Shown here piece after piece: positions 36,300 to 47,760 of a stretch of 64,000 nt of DNA. The DNA is from an uncultured bacterium (GTDB lineage Bacteria; Verrucomicrobiota; Verrucomicrobiia; Limisphaerales; UBA8199), in assembly GCA_963749495.1 (NCBI GenBank), contig CAVVMW010000024.1, positions 32,001-96,000 on the forward strand, read 5' to 3'. Position 1 is the stretch's first letter; every line of letters starts with the position of its first letter. The position numbers were made by a program, and so were the translations under genes. The notes under the pieces were generated by a model, which did no database searches, was not told the origin of the DNA, and was given only the letters and a program-made list of their open reading frames with translations.

Positions 36300-36489
36300 T
36301 CAGTGAAGGTGGGAGCAGCGCCACGGCCACACCCCTCACCCCGGCCCTCTCCCCTTCCGAAGGGGAGAGGGAGAAGCGTCGGCAGTCTCTGGGAATTCCA
36401 GGCGCGTCCGCTTGCTCAAGCCGCTGCCGAGAATTCTCCCTCTCCCCTCCGAGGGGAGAGGGCCGGGGTGAGGGGTCCGCCTCCACTGA
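36300..36489. repeat. REP-like doublet (CCCTCACCCCGGCCCTCTCCC family) with outer inverted ends
   Basis: Inner 36332-36475; outer TCAGTGAAGGTGG ... CCGCCTCCACTGA as at 3845-3982. Confidence 0.8.
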
Positions 36490-36552
36490 CAGATTACATG
36501 ATCGGGATTTCCAGACTGGCACAGGGGAGCCTTTGCTGCCATAATCTGGCCG

Positions 36553-38076
36553 ATGACGACGATGAACCTTAATCTAAAAGAACTGGAGGTCTGGTTTGTG
36601 ACGGGGAGCCAGCATTTGTACGGGCCGGAGACGCTCAAACAGGTGGCGGCCAACTCGCGGGAAATAGCGCAGGCCCTCGGGGCCTCGCCCGCCATCCCGG
36701 TAAAGGTGGCCTTCAAACCCGTCGTCAAGACCCCCGCCGAGGCCACCGCTCTGTGCCAGGAGGCAAGCCGCCAGCCCAACTGCATCGGCCTGATTACCTG
36801 GTGCCACACCTTCTCGCCATCGAAGATGTGGATCAACGGCCTGAAACTGCTCCGCAAACCGCTGGCGCACCTTCACACCCAGCACAACCGCGACATCCCC
36901 TGGGCCTCGATCGATATGGATTTCATGAACCTGAACCAGGCGGCCCACGGTGACCGCGAGCACGGGTTCATCATGAGCCGCATGCGGCTGGAACGGAAGG
37001 TGGTGGCCGGTTACTGGCAGGACCCTGCGGTCCAGGCCCAACTGGGCGCCTGGAGCCGCGCGGCGGCGGCCTGGCACGATTGGCAGGAGGCCAAATTCTG
37101 CAGGTTCGGCGACAACATGCGCGAGGTGGCCGTGACCGAAGGCGACAAGGTCTCCGCCCAGCTCCAGTTCGGCTACTCGGTCAACGGCTACGGCGTGGGC
37201 GACCTGGCCCAATGCGTCCAGCAGGCAAAGCAGTCCGATGTGGACCGCCTGGTCGAGGAGTACCAGGCCAATTACGTTTTGCAGCCTGGCCTGGTCAAAA
37301 ACGGCGAAGTGGCGCGCTCGTTGCGGGAGGGCGCGCGGATCGAAGCCGGCCTGCGCGCCTTCCTGGCCGCAGGCGGGTTCAAGGGCTTCACCACCACGTT
37401 CGAGGACCTGCACAACCTGGGGCAACTGCCGGGCCTGGCTGTGCAGCGGCTCATGGCCGAAGGCTACGGCTTTGGCGCCGAAGGCGACTGGAAGACCTGC
37501 GCCCTGGTGCGCGCCCTCAAGGTCATGGCCTGCGGGTTGAAGGGGGGCACTTCCTTCATGGAAGACTACACCTATCATCTGGACCCCAAAGGGATGAAGG
37601 TGCTGGGCGCCCACATGCTCGAAATCTGCCCGAGCATCGCCGCCGGCAAGCCCGCCCTCGAAGTCCATCCCCTGGGCATCGGCGGCAAGGCCGACCCCGC
37701 GCGCCTGGTCTTCGAGGCCGCTCAAGGGCCAGCCCTCAACGCCTCGATCATCAACCTCGGCAACCGGTTCCGCCTCCTGGCCAACGAGGTGGACGTGGTC
37801 GCGCCGGACAGGCCGCTGCCCCGGCTGCCCGTGGCCCGCGCCATCTGGGTGCCCAAGCCCAACCTGCCTGTGGCGGCCACGGCCTGGATCTACGCCGGCG
37901 GCGCGCACCACACCGCCTTCAGCCACGCCGTGACCATCGAGATGATGGAGGACTTCGCCGCCATGGCCGGGGTCGAACTGGCGGTCATCAACAAGGAGAC
38001 CCAACTGCGCCGGTTCAAGCAGGAACTGAATTGGAACGAGGCCTACTACGCCCTGCGCAAAGGGTGGAACTCGTAG
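36553..38076 (+). CDS. araA: L-arabinose isomerase
   Basis: [59 protein letters not shown]. Confidence 0.97.
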   Translation: MTTMNLNLKELEVWFVTGSQHLYGPETLKQVAANSREIAQALGASPAIPVKVAFKPVVKTPAEATALCQEASRQPNCIGLITWCHTFSPSKMWINGLKLLRKPLAHLHTQHNRDIPWASIDMDFMNLNQAAHGDREHGFIMSRMRLERKVVAGYWQDPAVQAQLGAWSRAAAAWHDWQEAKFCRFGDNMREVAVTEGDKVSAQLQFGYSVNGYGVGDLAQCVQQAKQSDVDRLVEEYQANYVLQPGLVKNGEVARSLREGARIEAGLRAFLAAGGFKGFTTTFEDLHNLGQLPGLAVQRLMAEGYGFGAEGDWKTCALVRALKVMACGLKGGTSFMEDYTYHLDPKGMKVLGAHMLEICPSIAAGKPALEVHPLGIGGKADPARLVFEAAQGPALNASIINLGNRFRLLANEVDVVAPDRPLPRLPVARAIWVPKPNLPVAATAWIYAGGAHHTAFSHAVTIEMMEDFAAMAGVELAVINKETQLRRFKQELNWNEAYYALRKGWNS

Positions 38077-38141
38077 GGGGCGCACCTCACCTTTGCCGGC
38101 CCTGGGCAAGCCGGGCAATTGGAGCGCAACGCCGGGAAGTC

Positions 38142-38241
38142 CGCAAGGTTTTGGACTGCGCCAGTCCTCTGGCGCTGTCGCGTCCCCAGGGTCCGAAAAG
38201 CGGTCCCGATCCATCGGGACCGCAGTCCAAAACGCTTCGCG
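38142..38241. repeat. REP doublet, GGACTGCG family, with altered stems
   Basis: gcgccagtcctctggcgc and gcggtcccgatccatcgggaccgc keep pairing despite sequence changes. Confidence 0.85.
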
Positions 38242-38381
38242 AGTTCGGACGCGCTCTCTCACCCTGTGCCCATCCCCGATTGGATCGGGGCAAGCGGGCG
38301 GGGGAGATGGAGCATGGTTGGCCGCCACGCCCTGTAGGGCAACGTGACGACCGCGCAGTAGATCCCTTTTGTCCCTCGCGC

Positions 38382-39618
38382 TTAGTCAATTGTGTAAAGC
38401 GTCAGCGAGTCCTGGTCCCTGATGAAAAGGCGATTGCCTGCCGGGCACCGGGTAAGCGTAGGTCTGTTTCTCTTTCTCGGCCACCTTGATGCTGGCGACT
38501 TCCTTGTACTCCTTGTCGGTGGGCTCGAAGGCCACCAGCGTGGACTTAGAGGTCAGCCCGAGCAGGACGTCTCCGGCGTCCACGACCGAGCCAAACTGGC
38601 CGCGCCCGCCGTTGGACTCCGCCCAGGCCGTCTTGCCAGTCTTGGCGTCGATGCAAAAGAAGTTGCCCCGTTGGGACAGGCCGAAGACCAGGCCGTTCTT
38701 GAGCACCGGGGAGTCGAACTGGACCGCGTTGTCCGGGTTGCTCCAGAGTTCCTTGCTGACAAAGGAATCCCCTTGCTTTTCGATCTTCACGGCCTTGGCG
38801 CCACGGCCGGAGCCGCAGTAGATCACCGTTTGCCCGTCCACAATCGGGGTGGCGGCATTGTAATTCATCCCTATCGGCGCAAAAGACGCCTGCCACAACA
38901 GCTTGCCGTCCGCCAGCCCCAGGCCCACCACGCTCTTGGCTGTCAGGGTAACGATCATCCGCGTGCCGGCGACCGTCATCACCACCGGCGACGCATAGCC
39001 GGGGCCTTCATCGGTCCACTTCCATTTCACGTCACCGCTGGCAAGGTCATAGGCCACCACCGCGCCTTCACTCTCTTTGCCGACCTGCACGATGCACAGG
39101 CCGTCCACTATAAGCGGCGAGGTCGCCGTGTGAAATCGAGGCCATCCCGGAAAATCGTTCTTCCGCCACTTCACCGCCCCGCTGGCCGCGTCCAGGCACG
39201 AAACGGTGCCGGAGACCCCCAGCGTGACGACCTTGCCCTCGGCCACGGCGGGCGAACTTCGCGGCCCGCTGTGTACCGACAAGTCCGGCCCGCTGATGCC
39301 GGCCACGGCGTTCTTGTCCGACCAGACCTCCTTGCCGTCGGCGGCGTTGAGGCACGAAGTGACCTCGTTGCCCTCCTGGCGCGCGAAGACAAACACCTTG
39401 TCGCCCACCACCGCGGGCGTGGCATCGCCCAAACCGACGGTGATCTTCCACTTTTGCGTCAGTTCCTTGGGCCAGGTCTTGGGACAGTTGAAACCGGCGG
39501 CCTTGGCATCGCGATTGGCCCCGCGCCATTGCGGCCAATCCTGCGCCGACGCCGCGCTCGCGCCTGACACCACGACACATCCGGCCACCAGCACTATGAT
39601 TCGATTGGTATTTTTCAT
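38382..39618 (-). CDS. Secreted PQQ-like beta-propeller protein; 1-nt frameshift near 38445
   Basis: DWPQWRGANRD, repeated SPAV/SPLIV blades. Removing one C restores YPVPAGNRLFIRDQDSLTLYTID*. Confidence 0.88.
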
Positions 39619-39796
39619 TCCAAATCCTTCCTAATCTTTTTCGCTGTCGTCTTGGTTGTTGAGAAACGATGAGTGCGTTCCGGCCTCGAGAATACACCGG
39701 CCCAGCCTGTGAGCGGAAGCGAAAAAAGGGACAAAAGAGCGTGGCCCGAGGCGCGCCCTTGCACCCGGGGGCGGCGGACTCTACCTTGCGGCTGCC

Positions 39797-42700
39797 ATGT
39801 TGAAGTCGTCCGTGCCGCCTGCGATTCGCCTGCGAGGCGTGCGCCACAACAACTTGAAGAATTTCGACCTGGACCTGCCGCTCAACCGGCTTGTGGTCAT
39901 CACGGGCCTGAGCGGTTCGGGCAAGAGCTCGCTGGCGTTCGACACGCTCTTTGCCGAGGGGCAGCGGCGCTATATCGAGACATTCTCCCCGTATGCCCGG
40001 CAGTTTTTCGACCGGATGGACAAGCCGCAGGTGGATAGCATCGAGGGGATCCCGCCCGCCATCGCCATCGAGCAACGCAACGCGGTCAAGACCACGCGCT
40101 CGACGGTAGGAACGATGACCGAGGTTTGCGATTACATGAAGATGCTTTGGCCCCACATTGCCCAGCTCCATTGCCGGCAGTGCGGGCAGCCGGTCCGCAA
40201 AGAGTCCCCGCGCCGGATTTGGGAGGCCCTCCAACTGCGCCCGGCTTCACCCGAGCCCGCGAATCGAGCCCTCGCCCATCGCCCCGCGTCCCCCGTCGAG
40301 CCGCCCGAGCAGCTCATCACGTTCACGGTTCCGCTGACCGAGAAGCTCTCGGTGGAAGAGTGCCTGGCGCTGGTGGCCAGGCAGGGCTACCAGCGCCTGC
40401 TGCTCGATGGGCAGGTCGTCCGGCTGGATGCCCTCGCATCGAGCCCCTCCGGGCCGGCGGCGCGCCCCGCCTCGCTCACGGTCATTCAGGACCGGTTGCG
40501 CCCCACCGAGTCCAACCGCGCCCGGTTCGTCGAGGCCTGCGAGCAGGCCTACCACTTCGGCAAGGGCAAGCTGGCTCTTTGCGAACTCGACCCGGCCAGC
40601 GCCGCCCCCGGCCGCGCGCGCCGGTTTTCCAACCGCCTGCACTGCGCCGCCTGCGACCTGGACTATCGCGAGCCGACCCCTGCCTTGTTCAGCTTCAACC
40701 ACCCGGTGGGCGCCTGCCCCGCCTGCCGCGGCTTCGGGCGCATCATCAGCATCGATTACAACCTGGTCATGCCGGACCGTTCCAGGACGCTCTCCCAGTG
40801 CGTCGTCAGGCCCTGGCAGACCGGCACCGGCGCCGAAAGCCAGGCCGACCTCCTGCGCGCCTGCCGGCAATTCAACATCCCGACCGATGTCCCCTTCGAG
40901 CGCCTGCCCAGGAAATGGCAGGACTTCGTCATCGAAGGTGAGCCGGGCTACGGCAAGGACGAGGCCCACCATTGGCCCCGGTGCTGGTATGGAGTCAAAG
41001 GTTACTTCCGCTGGCTGGAATCCAAGGCCTACAAGATGCACGTGCGCGTGTTGCTCTCCCGATACCGGGCCTATACGCCCTGCCCGGATTGCCAGGGCAA
41101 ACGCTTTCAACCCGAGGCGCTGCTCTACCGGGTTGGCGCGCCGCCCGGCACGGAGGACGGGCGCACTCCGTCCGCCCCCTCGCTGAGCCTGGCGGACTTT
41201 TATCAACTGCCCATCCGCGATGCCCTGCGATTCATCGAGCAGATCGGCGCTCAGCACCGCGTGCGGCCGGCTGACCCGCTGGGCCTCATTCTGGGCGAGG
41301 TGCGCTCGCGCCTCGGATACCTGGACCAGGTTGGCTTGGGCTATCTCACGTTGGATCGCCCTACGCGCTCGCTCTCCGGGGGCGAGACCGAGCGGGTGAA
41401 CCTCACCACCTGCCTGGGCACCCGGTTGGTGAACACCCTCTTCGTATTGGACGAGCCCAGCGTGGGGCTGCACCCGCGCGACACCGAACGCCTGGTCCGC
41501 ATCGTCGAGCAGTTGCGCGACTCCGGAAACACCGTCGTCGTCGTCGAACACGAAGCCAGCGTCATGCGCGCCGCTGACCAGATCGTCGACCTCGGCCCCG
41601 GCCACGGCGCCACGGGCGGACAAGTGGTCTTCCAGGGAAGCTTCCGGGAAATCCTGAACTCACCCGCCTCGCTCACGGGCCAGTACCCTGAGCGGACGGC
41701 GCACGATCGAGGTCCCGGCGCGCCGGCCCGTGCGGACGGCCCTGGCGCAGGTCGCCTGCCTGCGCGCCCCGGGTGCCCGGACCGGCGCGCGCCCGTCCTC
41801 GGGGGCAGCGAGGTCCCCGGGCGGCTCAGCGGCAAGGGACTCCAGCGCGCTGGCCCGGCCGGGGCCTGCTGCGCCCGGGGACGGGCGCACTCCGGCGGCG
41901 TCTTCCGTGGCGCTGGTGTTCAGAGAGGCCTCCCGTCCGTTCGGCGCCGAGCCGGCCCGGTGCAACGTCCTAAGGCTCTCCCACGCCACCCGTCACAACC
42001 TCAAGGACCTGGCCGTGGAAATCCCCTTGAACCGGTTTGTGTGCGTGACCGGCGTGAGCGGTTCGGGCAAGACCACCCTGGTGCGCGAGGTCCTGCTGCC
42101 GGCCCTGGCTGCCAGGCTCAAGACCCAGGCCCGGACGCTCAACTCTCCGGTGCAGGCCTCCTGCCTGCGCGCGGCCGTCAAGGCCTCCGAGCGTTTTGCC
42201 CAAGAGCCCAACGGCGGAGAGGAGAACGGGGACTCGGCGCCCGGCGCGCCACCGGAGGCGCTGCTCGAAGGGGCCGAGCCGCTCGGGGGCGTGGTCCTGG
42301 TGGACCAGTCCATCCTCGGCAAGACGCCCCGCTCGAATCCCGCCGTGTATATCGGCGCATTCGATGACATCCGCGAGGTCTTCGCCCAATCCGATGCCGC
42401 CCGGCAGCGCGGGCTCAACGCCAGCGCGTTCAGCTTCAACTCCAGCCAGGGCCAGTGCCAGCGCTGCCGCGGGGCCGGGTTCGAGAAGATCGAGATGCAG
42501 TTCCTGAGCGACGTCTTTATCCGTTGCCCGGAGTGCGGTGGCCGCCGCTACCGGCCCCATATTCTCGAGGTGAGGATTAGTCCACAGTCCACAGTCCAGA
42601 GTCCACAGTCCACAGTCCGCAGTCCACAGTCCACAGTCCGCAGTCCACAGTCCACAGTCCACAGTCCACAGTCCACAGTCCACAGTCCACCGCCTGCGCT

Positions 42701-43325
42701 CCGCCTTCATCATTCGTCATTCGTCATTCGTCATTCGTCATTGTCCATCGCCGATCTGCTCGAATCCACGGTCGAGGAGGCGGTCCAATTCCTGTCGGGC
42801 TTTGCCGAATCGCGTCCTGCGCGGCGCGCGGTTCGGGGCCTGGAGTTGCTCGAGGAGGTCGGCTTGGGCTACGTCAAGCTCGGCCAGCCCATCAATACTC
42901 TGTCGGGTGGCGAGAGCCAGCGCCTCAAACTGGTCAGGCATCTGGCCGAAGTGGAGGCGGGGCCCGAGTCGCCCGCCGGCCTCGCCAAGCTCAACATCTT
43001 CCTTTTCGATGAGCCGACCACCGGCCTGCACTTCGAGGACGTGCGCCTGCTCCTGCGGGTGTTCGGGCGCCTGGTGGACGCCGGCCATTCGGTAGTCGTC
43101 ATCGAGCACAACCTGGACGTCATCAAGTGCGCCGACTGGCTTATCGATCTCGGTCCCGAGGCGGGCGACCTGGGCGGACGCGTCGTTGCTGTGGGCACCC
43201 CGGAGGACGTGGCCGCCTGCGTGGACAGCCACACCGGCCGGGCGCTGAGGGAGGTGCTGGGAGCGCATCCCGACACTGCCCCCGTAGCGCAGACTTCCAA
43301 GTCTGCTGTATCGCGGGTTTCCTAA
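39797..43325 (+). CDS. uvrA: Excinuclease ABC subunit A, unit 1 (1-nt frameshift near 41687; several repeat-derived insertions)
   Basis: GLSGSGKSS, LFSFN, LSGGE, LDEPSVGLH; second GVSGSGKTT, KTPRSNP, FDEPTTGLH. Removing one C joins ORFs 39797-42367 and 41730-43325. Confidence 0.9.
41785..41893. repeat. Degenerate GGAG-type REP doublet in frame within uvrA unit 1
   Basis: gcgcccgtcctcgggggcagc ... gctgcgcccggggacgggcgcactcc, same family as 6013-6122; half copy at 41151-41169. Confidence 0.7.
42579..42742. repeat. (AGTCCAC)x16 + (CATTCGT)x4.5 heptamer arrays in frame within uvrA unit 1
   Basis: 42579-42690 and 42711-42742; translate as (SPQSTVx)n and [11 protein letters not shown]. Confidence 0.95.
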
Positions 43326-43400
43326 CCCGCAGGCGCCGCGATTTCAGGCGCCCTGCCGACTGGAAGTCGGCGATACAGCAGGTTTGGAAACCTGCGCTAC
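43284..43400. repeat. GTAG-type REPIN (four hairpins) containing the uvrA unit 1 stop codon
   Basis: GTAGcgcagacttccaagtctgc...gcgggtttcctaacccgc...gccgactggaagtcggc...gcaggtttggaaacctgcgCTAC. Confidence 0.85.
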
Positions 43401-43462
43401 AAACTGCTGTGCCCCGCCAAATGGGGGCAGTGCCGGGATGCGCCCGCGTTCCGGAACCCGGA

Positions 43463-43497
43463 TTGACGCGGCGAGCCAAGGCGGATAGAGTGCGGTG
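43463..43497 (+). promoter_or_regulatory. Sigma70-type promoter, probably leaderless, for the Uma2 gene
   Basis: TTGACG-N17-TAGAGT-N6-ATG. Confidence 0.7.
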
Positions 43498-44043
43498 ATG
43501 GCAATGCTGTCGCTTGAACTGCAGCCCCAGGAGACTCAGCGGGCCTTTAACCTGAGCCGCTGGGCTGAATTGTTAGAGGACCCGGAACTGGCCAGGTTCG
43601 AGGGCCGCATCGAAACCGATCGCCACGGCCATATAATCATGAGCCCTCCCGCTGCTGCAACTCACGGAAGTTTTCAGGCCGAGATCGCGTACTTGCTGAG
43701 GACTCTCCTGCCAAAGGGCCGTGTCTTAACCGAGTGTCCGGTCTCCACCGCTGACGGCGTGAAAATAACTGATGTGGCCTGGGCGTCGCCTGCGTGCCTG
43801 AGGGAGCTGGCCGGGGGCGTTTGCTTTCCGCGCGCGCCGGAAATCTGCGTCGAGGTCATTTCCCCGAGCAACACCGAGGGCGAAATCCGGGAGAAAACCG
43901 CCCTCTACTTCGATGCGGGCGCCAGCGAAGTGTGGCTCTGTGCCCAGGACGGGCAGATGAGTTTTCTCGGCCGGGCGGCGGGCGCCCCGCTCCGGGCCTC
44001 AAAGCTGTGCCCGCGATTTCCGAACCTGATTCAGTTGCGTTGA
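43498..44043 (+). CDS. Uma2-family (DUF820) PD-(D/E)xK endonuclease
   Basis: GHIIMSPPA...[41 protein letters not shown]. Confidence 0.9.
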   Translation: MAMLSLELQPQETQRAFNLSRWAELLEDPELARFEGRIETDRHGHIIMSPPAAATHGSFQAEIAYLLRTLLPKGRVLTECPVSTADGVKITDVAWASPACLRELAGGVCFPRAPEICVEVISPSNTEGEIREKTALYFDAGASEVWLCAQDGQMSFLGRAAGAPLRASKLCPRFPNLIQLR

Positions 44044-47000
44044 GCAGCGCAGCCATTGCCATTCACGGGGCGCGCGAGCACAACCTGAAGAACATCTCGC
44101 TGGAGGTGCCGCGCGGCCGATTGGTGGTGGTGACCGGTGTGAGCGGTTCGGGCAAGAGCACGCTGGCGTTTGACCTGCTCTTTGCCGAGGGCCAGCGCCG
44201 GTTCCTGGATTCGATGAACGTCTATGCCCGCCAGTTCGTCGAGCAACTCTCCCGCCCGGACGTGGACGTGATCACGGGCATTCCGCCCACGGTGAGCATC
44301 GAGCAGCGGACCAGCCGCGGGGGCGGCAAGAGCACCGTGGCCACCGTCACCGAGGTCTTTCATTTCGTGCGCCTGCTCTTTGCCCGGTTGGGGACACAAT
44401 ACTGTCCCGATTGCCAGGTGGCGGTCGAGGCCCAGACCCGCGACGAGTTGGGCCGCCGCCTCCAGGCTGAGGCGCGCCGCCGGGGCCAGTTGGTGCTCCT
44501 GGCGCCGGTGGTCAAGAACCGCAAAGGCTTTCACACCGACGTGGCCGAATGGGCCGCCAAGCACGGCTATGGCCAGGTCCGGGCGGACGGCCGGCTCTAT
44601 CCCACCAGCGAGCGGCTTCGGCTGGATCGATTCCGCGAACACAACGTGGAGATCGTCGTCGGCGTCCTTTCCCCGAACCGGACGACGAGCCGCAAGGTTT
44701 TGGAGTGCGGCAGTCCTCTGCCGCTTTCGCGTCCCCAGGGTTCGAAAAGCGGCAGAGGACTGCCGCAGTCCAAAACGCTTCGCGTCGGGCCACACCCCCC
44801 GGTTCACGGTCCCAAAGCGCGCTTCCAGGAGCGTGGGGGCTTTCCATGAACCGGGGCCAAAGCCGCCAGTCCAAAGCGCTTCGCGCACAACGAGGCCCGC
44901 TCAGAGGCGGCCCCAAGACACCCCAGCAATTGGTCGATGAGACGCTGGAGCTGGGCAAGGGGACGCTCCTGGCCTGCGACAGCGCCGGCCGGGTCTCCGT
45001 GCACTCAACCGAACGCGCCTGTCCCCATTGCGGCCGCTCGTTCGAGCCGCTCGACCCGAAGAACTTCAGCTACAACTCGCCCCAGGGTTGGTGCCCGCGC
45101 TGCCGCGGGTTTGGCGAGCTGTTCTACCTGCCGGACGTGGACCGGGGCGCGCGCGCCGATGCCATCGAAGAGTCCTGGTACGAATGGCAGGAGGGCAACC
45201 GGGAGACTTGCCCGGAATGCCGCGGGGCGCGGTTGAACCCGGTGGCGCGGGCCGTCAGGCTGGACCTGGAGCAGGGCCGGGGGCGGGCGGTCCGCAGGCA
45301 GTCTGCCACGATCGAGGACCTCTCACAATTGTCCGTCGAGGCGGCGGCCAGGCTCTTCAGCGGCGTGAGACTCAAAGGCCGCGCCGGCCTCATTGCCCGG
45401 GACATCCTCCCGGAAATTCGCGAGCGGCTCAAATTCCTGTGCGAGGTCGGCCTGGGCTACTTGCAACTGGGCCGCGGCGTTCCCACCCTTTCCGGCGGTG
45501 AAGGCCAGCGCATCCGGTTGGCCGCCCAACTCGGCTCCAACCTGAGCGGCGTGCTCTATATCCTGGACGAACCGACGATCGGCCTGCACCCCCGCGACAA
45601 CGAGCAATTGCTGGCGGCGCTCCAGAAACTCAAGTCGCGTGGCAACTCCGTCCTGGTCGTGGAGCACGATGAAGAGACGATGCGGCGGGCGGACTACATC
45701 ATCGATCTGGTCGGGGCCGGCAGCCACGGCGGCCAGGTTGTCGCCGCCGGCACCCTGCAGCAACTGCTGGGCCACCCGGACTCCATTACCGGCCAGTGCC
45801 TCCGAGCCCGGAGGACCTTTCCCACACGCGGCTATAGGCGGACGGTCAGTCCACAGTCCACAGTCCACAGTCCACAGTCCACGGTCCACGGTCCACAGTC
45901 CACAGCCCAGAGTCCGGATGTCAAATCCCAGAGTCCGCCGTCCGGGGCAAACAGGAGTCATTCGTCATTCGTCATTCGTCATTCGTCATTGCCCACTCCC
46001 CCCTCGCCAGGCTGGCTCACCCTCGCGGGTGCGTGCCGGAACAACCTCAAGGGCCTCACGGTCCGTTTTCCGCTCGGACGTTTGGTCCTGGTGACGGGCG
46101 TGAGCGGCTCGGGCAAGAGCACGCTGATACGCGAATGCCTGCTCCCGGCGCTGACCGAGGCGCTCAAGGCCTCGAGGCACGCGCACCCAGCCTGGCGCAA
46201 CCGCCCTCACGCCTCGCTTCTGCCCCTGGCCGGCTACGAATCCATCCAGGCGGTCTATGAAGTGGACCAGGCCCCGATTGGGCGCACCCCGCGCTCGGTC
46301 CCGGCAACTTACGTCGGTTTCTTCGACATCATCCGCCAGTTGTTCGCGCAGGTGCCCGAGGCGCGATTGCGCGGGTATTCTCCGAGCCGGTTCTCGTTCA
46401 ACAGCGCGCAGGGCCGCTGCCCGGAGTGCGAGGGGGCCGGGACGATCAAGCTGGAGATGAGTTTTCTGCCGCCGGCGTTCGTGCGCTGCGAGGTGTGCGG
46501 CGGCACGCGGTTCGACCGGGAGACGCTCGACATCGAGTATCATGGCCGGAACATCGCGCAGGTGCTCGAGATGCCGGTGGAAGAGGCGATGCAGTTCTTC
46601 AGCAGCATTCCCAGGCTGCGGCGCGCCTTGCAGGCGCTGTGCGACACCGGCCTGGGCTACCTCAAGCTGGGCCAGACCAGCCCCACCTTGAGCGGGGGCG
46701 AGGCACAGCGGGTCAAGCTCGTGACGCACCTGCTCGCGGGCTTGAGAGGGCCCGAGGAGTCGGGCCGCCTTCTCAAACCCAACCTCTTCATCCTCGAAGA
46801 GCCCACCATCGGCCTCCACATCGCAGACGTCCAGCGCCTGGTGGACGTGCTCCAGCGCCTGGTCGATGCCGGCCATTGCGTCATCGTCATCGAGCACAAC
46901 GTCGACGTCATCGCCGAGGCTGACTGGGTGATTGACCTGGGGCCGGAGGGGGGCGAGGGCGGCGGGCGCATCGTGGCCCAAGGCACGCCCGAGCAGATCG

Positions 47001-47062
47001 CCCGCAATAAACGCTCCCACACCGGCCGGTTCCTGGCCACTGCCCTGGGGCGGGGGCGGTGA
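44040..47062 (+). CDS. uvrA: Excinuclease ABC subunit A, unit 2 (frameshift near 44795-44840 within a repeat insertion)
   Basis: TTG start overlapping the Uma2 stop; [39 protein letters not shown]; second [18 protein letters not shown]. Confidence 0.88.
44691..44885. repeat. GGAG REP doublet plus GGTTCA(C/T)GG...CCATGAACC element inside uvrA unit 2
   Basis: Same family as 34537 and 50226; followed by ggttcacggt...ccatgaacc and a partial REP. Confidence 0.8.
45848..45990. repeat. (AGTCCAC)x8-10 + (CATTCGT)x4.5 heptamer arrays in frame within uvrA unit 2
   Basis: 45848-45917 and 45959-45990. Confidence 0.95.
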
Positions 47063-47113
47063 GATTTCAGATTTCAGACTTGAGACCTCAGATTTGAAAT
47101 CTGAAATTTGAAA
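47062..47113. repeat. Heptamer array (AGATTTC...AAATTTG), partly self-complementary
   Basis: agatttc agatttc agacttg agacctc agatttg aaatctg aaatttg. Confidence 0.75.
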
Positions 47114-47154
47114 ATGGACTCGGCACTGTCCACGGCTTATTCTAGCGGTTGAAT

Positions 47155-47760
47155 ATGATCCAGGCCGTGGTTTTCGACTTGGGCAAAGTGCTCGTCGAGT
47201 TCGATTACAGGATTGCCGCGCGGCGAATTGCCGCGCGCAGCAGGATGTCCGCCGAGCAACTCATGGATTTGATGGTCCGCTCGCCCCTGTTTGTGGAATA
47301 CGAGAAGGGCCGCGTGACGCGCGGGCATGTCTTCGATGAAATCCGCGGCGCCACTGGTTTCGAGGGCAGTCTCGAGGAGTTCGCCCGTTCCTTCGGCGAC
47401 ATCTTCACGGAGATCCCGCCCATGGTCCAACTCCAGGCGGCCCTGCGCCGGCGCAGTCTGCCCACCTACATCTTTTCGAACACCAACGACCTGGCCATCG
47501 AGCATCTCCGGAGCGCCTTCCCGTTCTTCGCCAATTTTGACGGCTATGTGTTCTCCTACGAGCACGGTGTGATGAAACCCGACGCCCGGCTCTACGAGGT
47601 GCTCGAACGGCAATCCGGCAGGCGCGACGGTGAGCTGCTTTACCTGGATGACCGGCCGGAAAACACCGCCGCGGCCGCCGCGCGCGGCTGGCAAGTAATC
47701 CTCCATGAATCACCCGAGAAATCCCGAACCGCAATCCGGAACCTGGGCCTGTTGCCCTAA
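47155..47760 (+). CDS. HAD-family phosphatase
   Basis: [26 protein letters not shown]. Confidence 0.9.
   Translation: MIQAVVFDLGKVLVEFDYRIAARRIAARSRMSAEQLMDLMVRSPLFVEYEKGRVTRGHVFDEIRGATGFEGSLEEFARSFGDIFTEIPPMVQLQAALRRRSLPTYIFSNTNDLAIEHLRSAFPFFANFDGYVFSYEHGVMKPDARLYEVLERQSGRRDGELLYLDDRPENTAAAAARGWQVILHESPEKSRTAIRNLGLLP

Noticed and set aside
42579..42742. Tandem repeats as a CRISPR array
   Set aside because: Units are 7 nt, contiguous and lack unique spacers; no cas genes in the window. The same applies to the other arrays.
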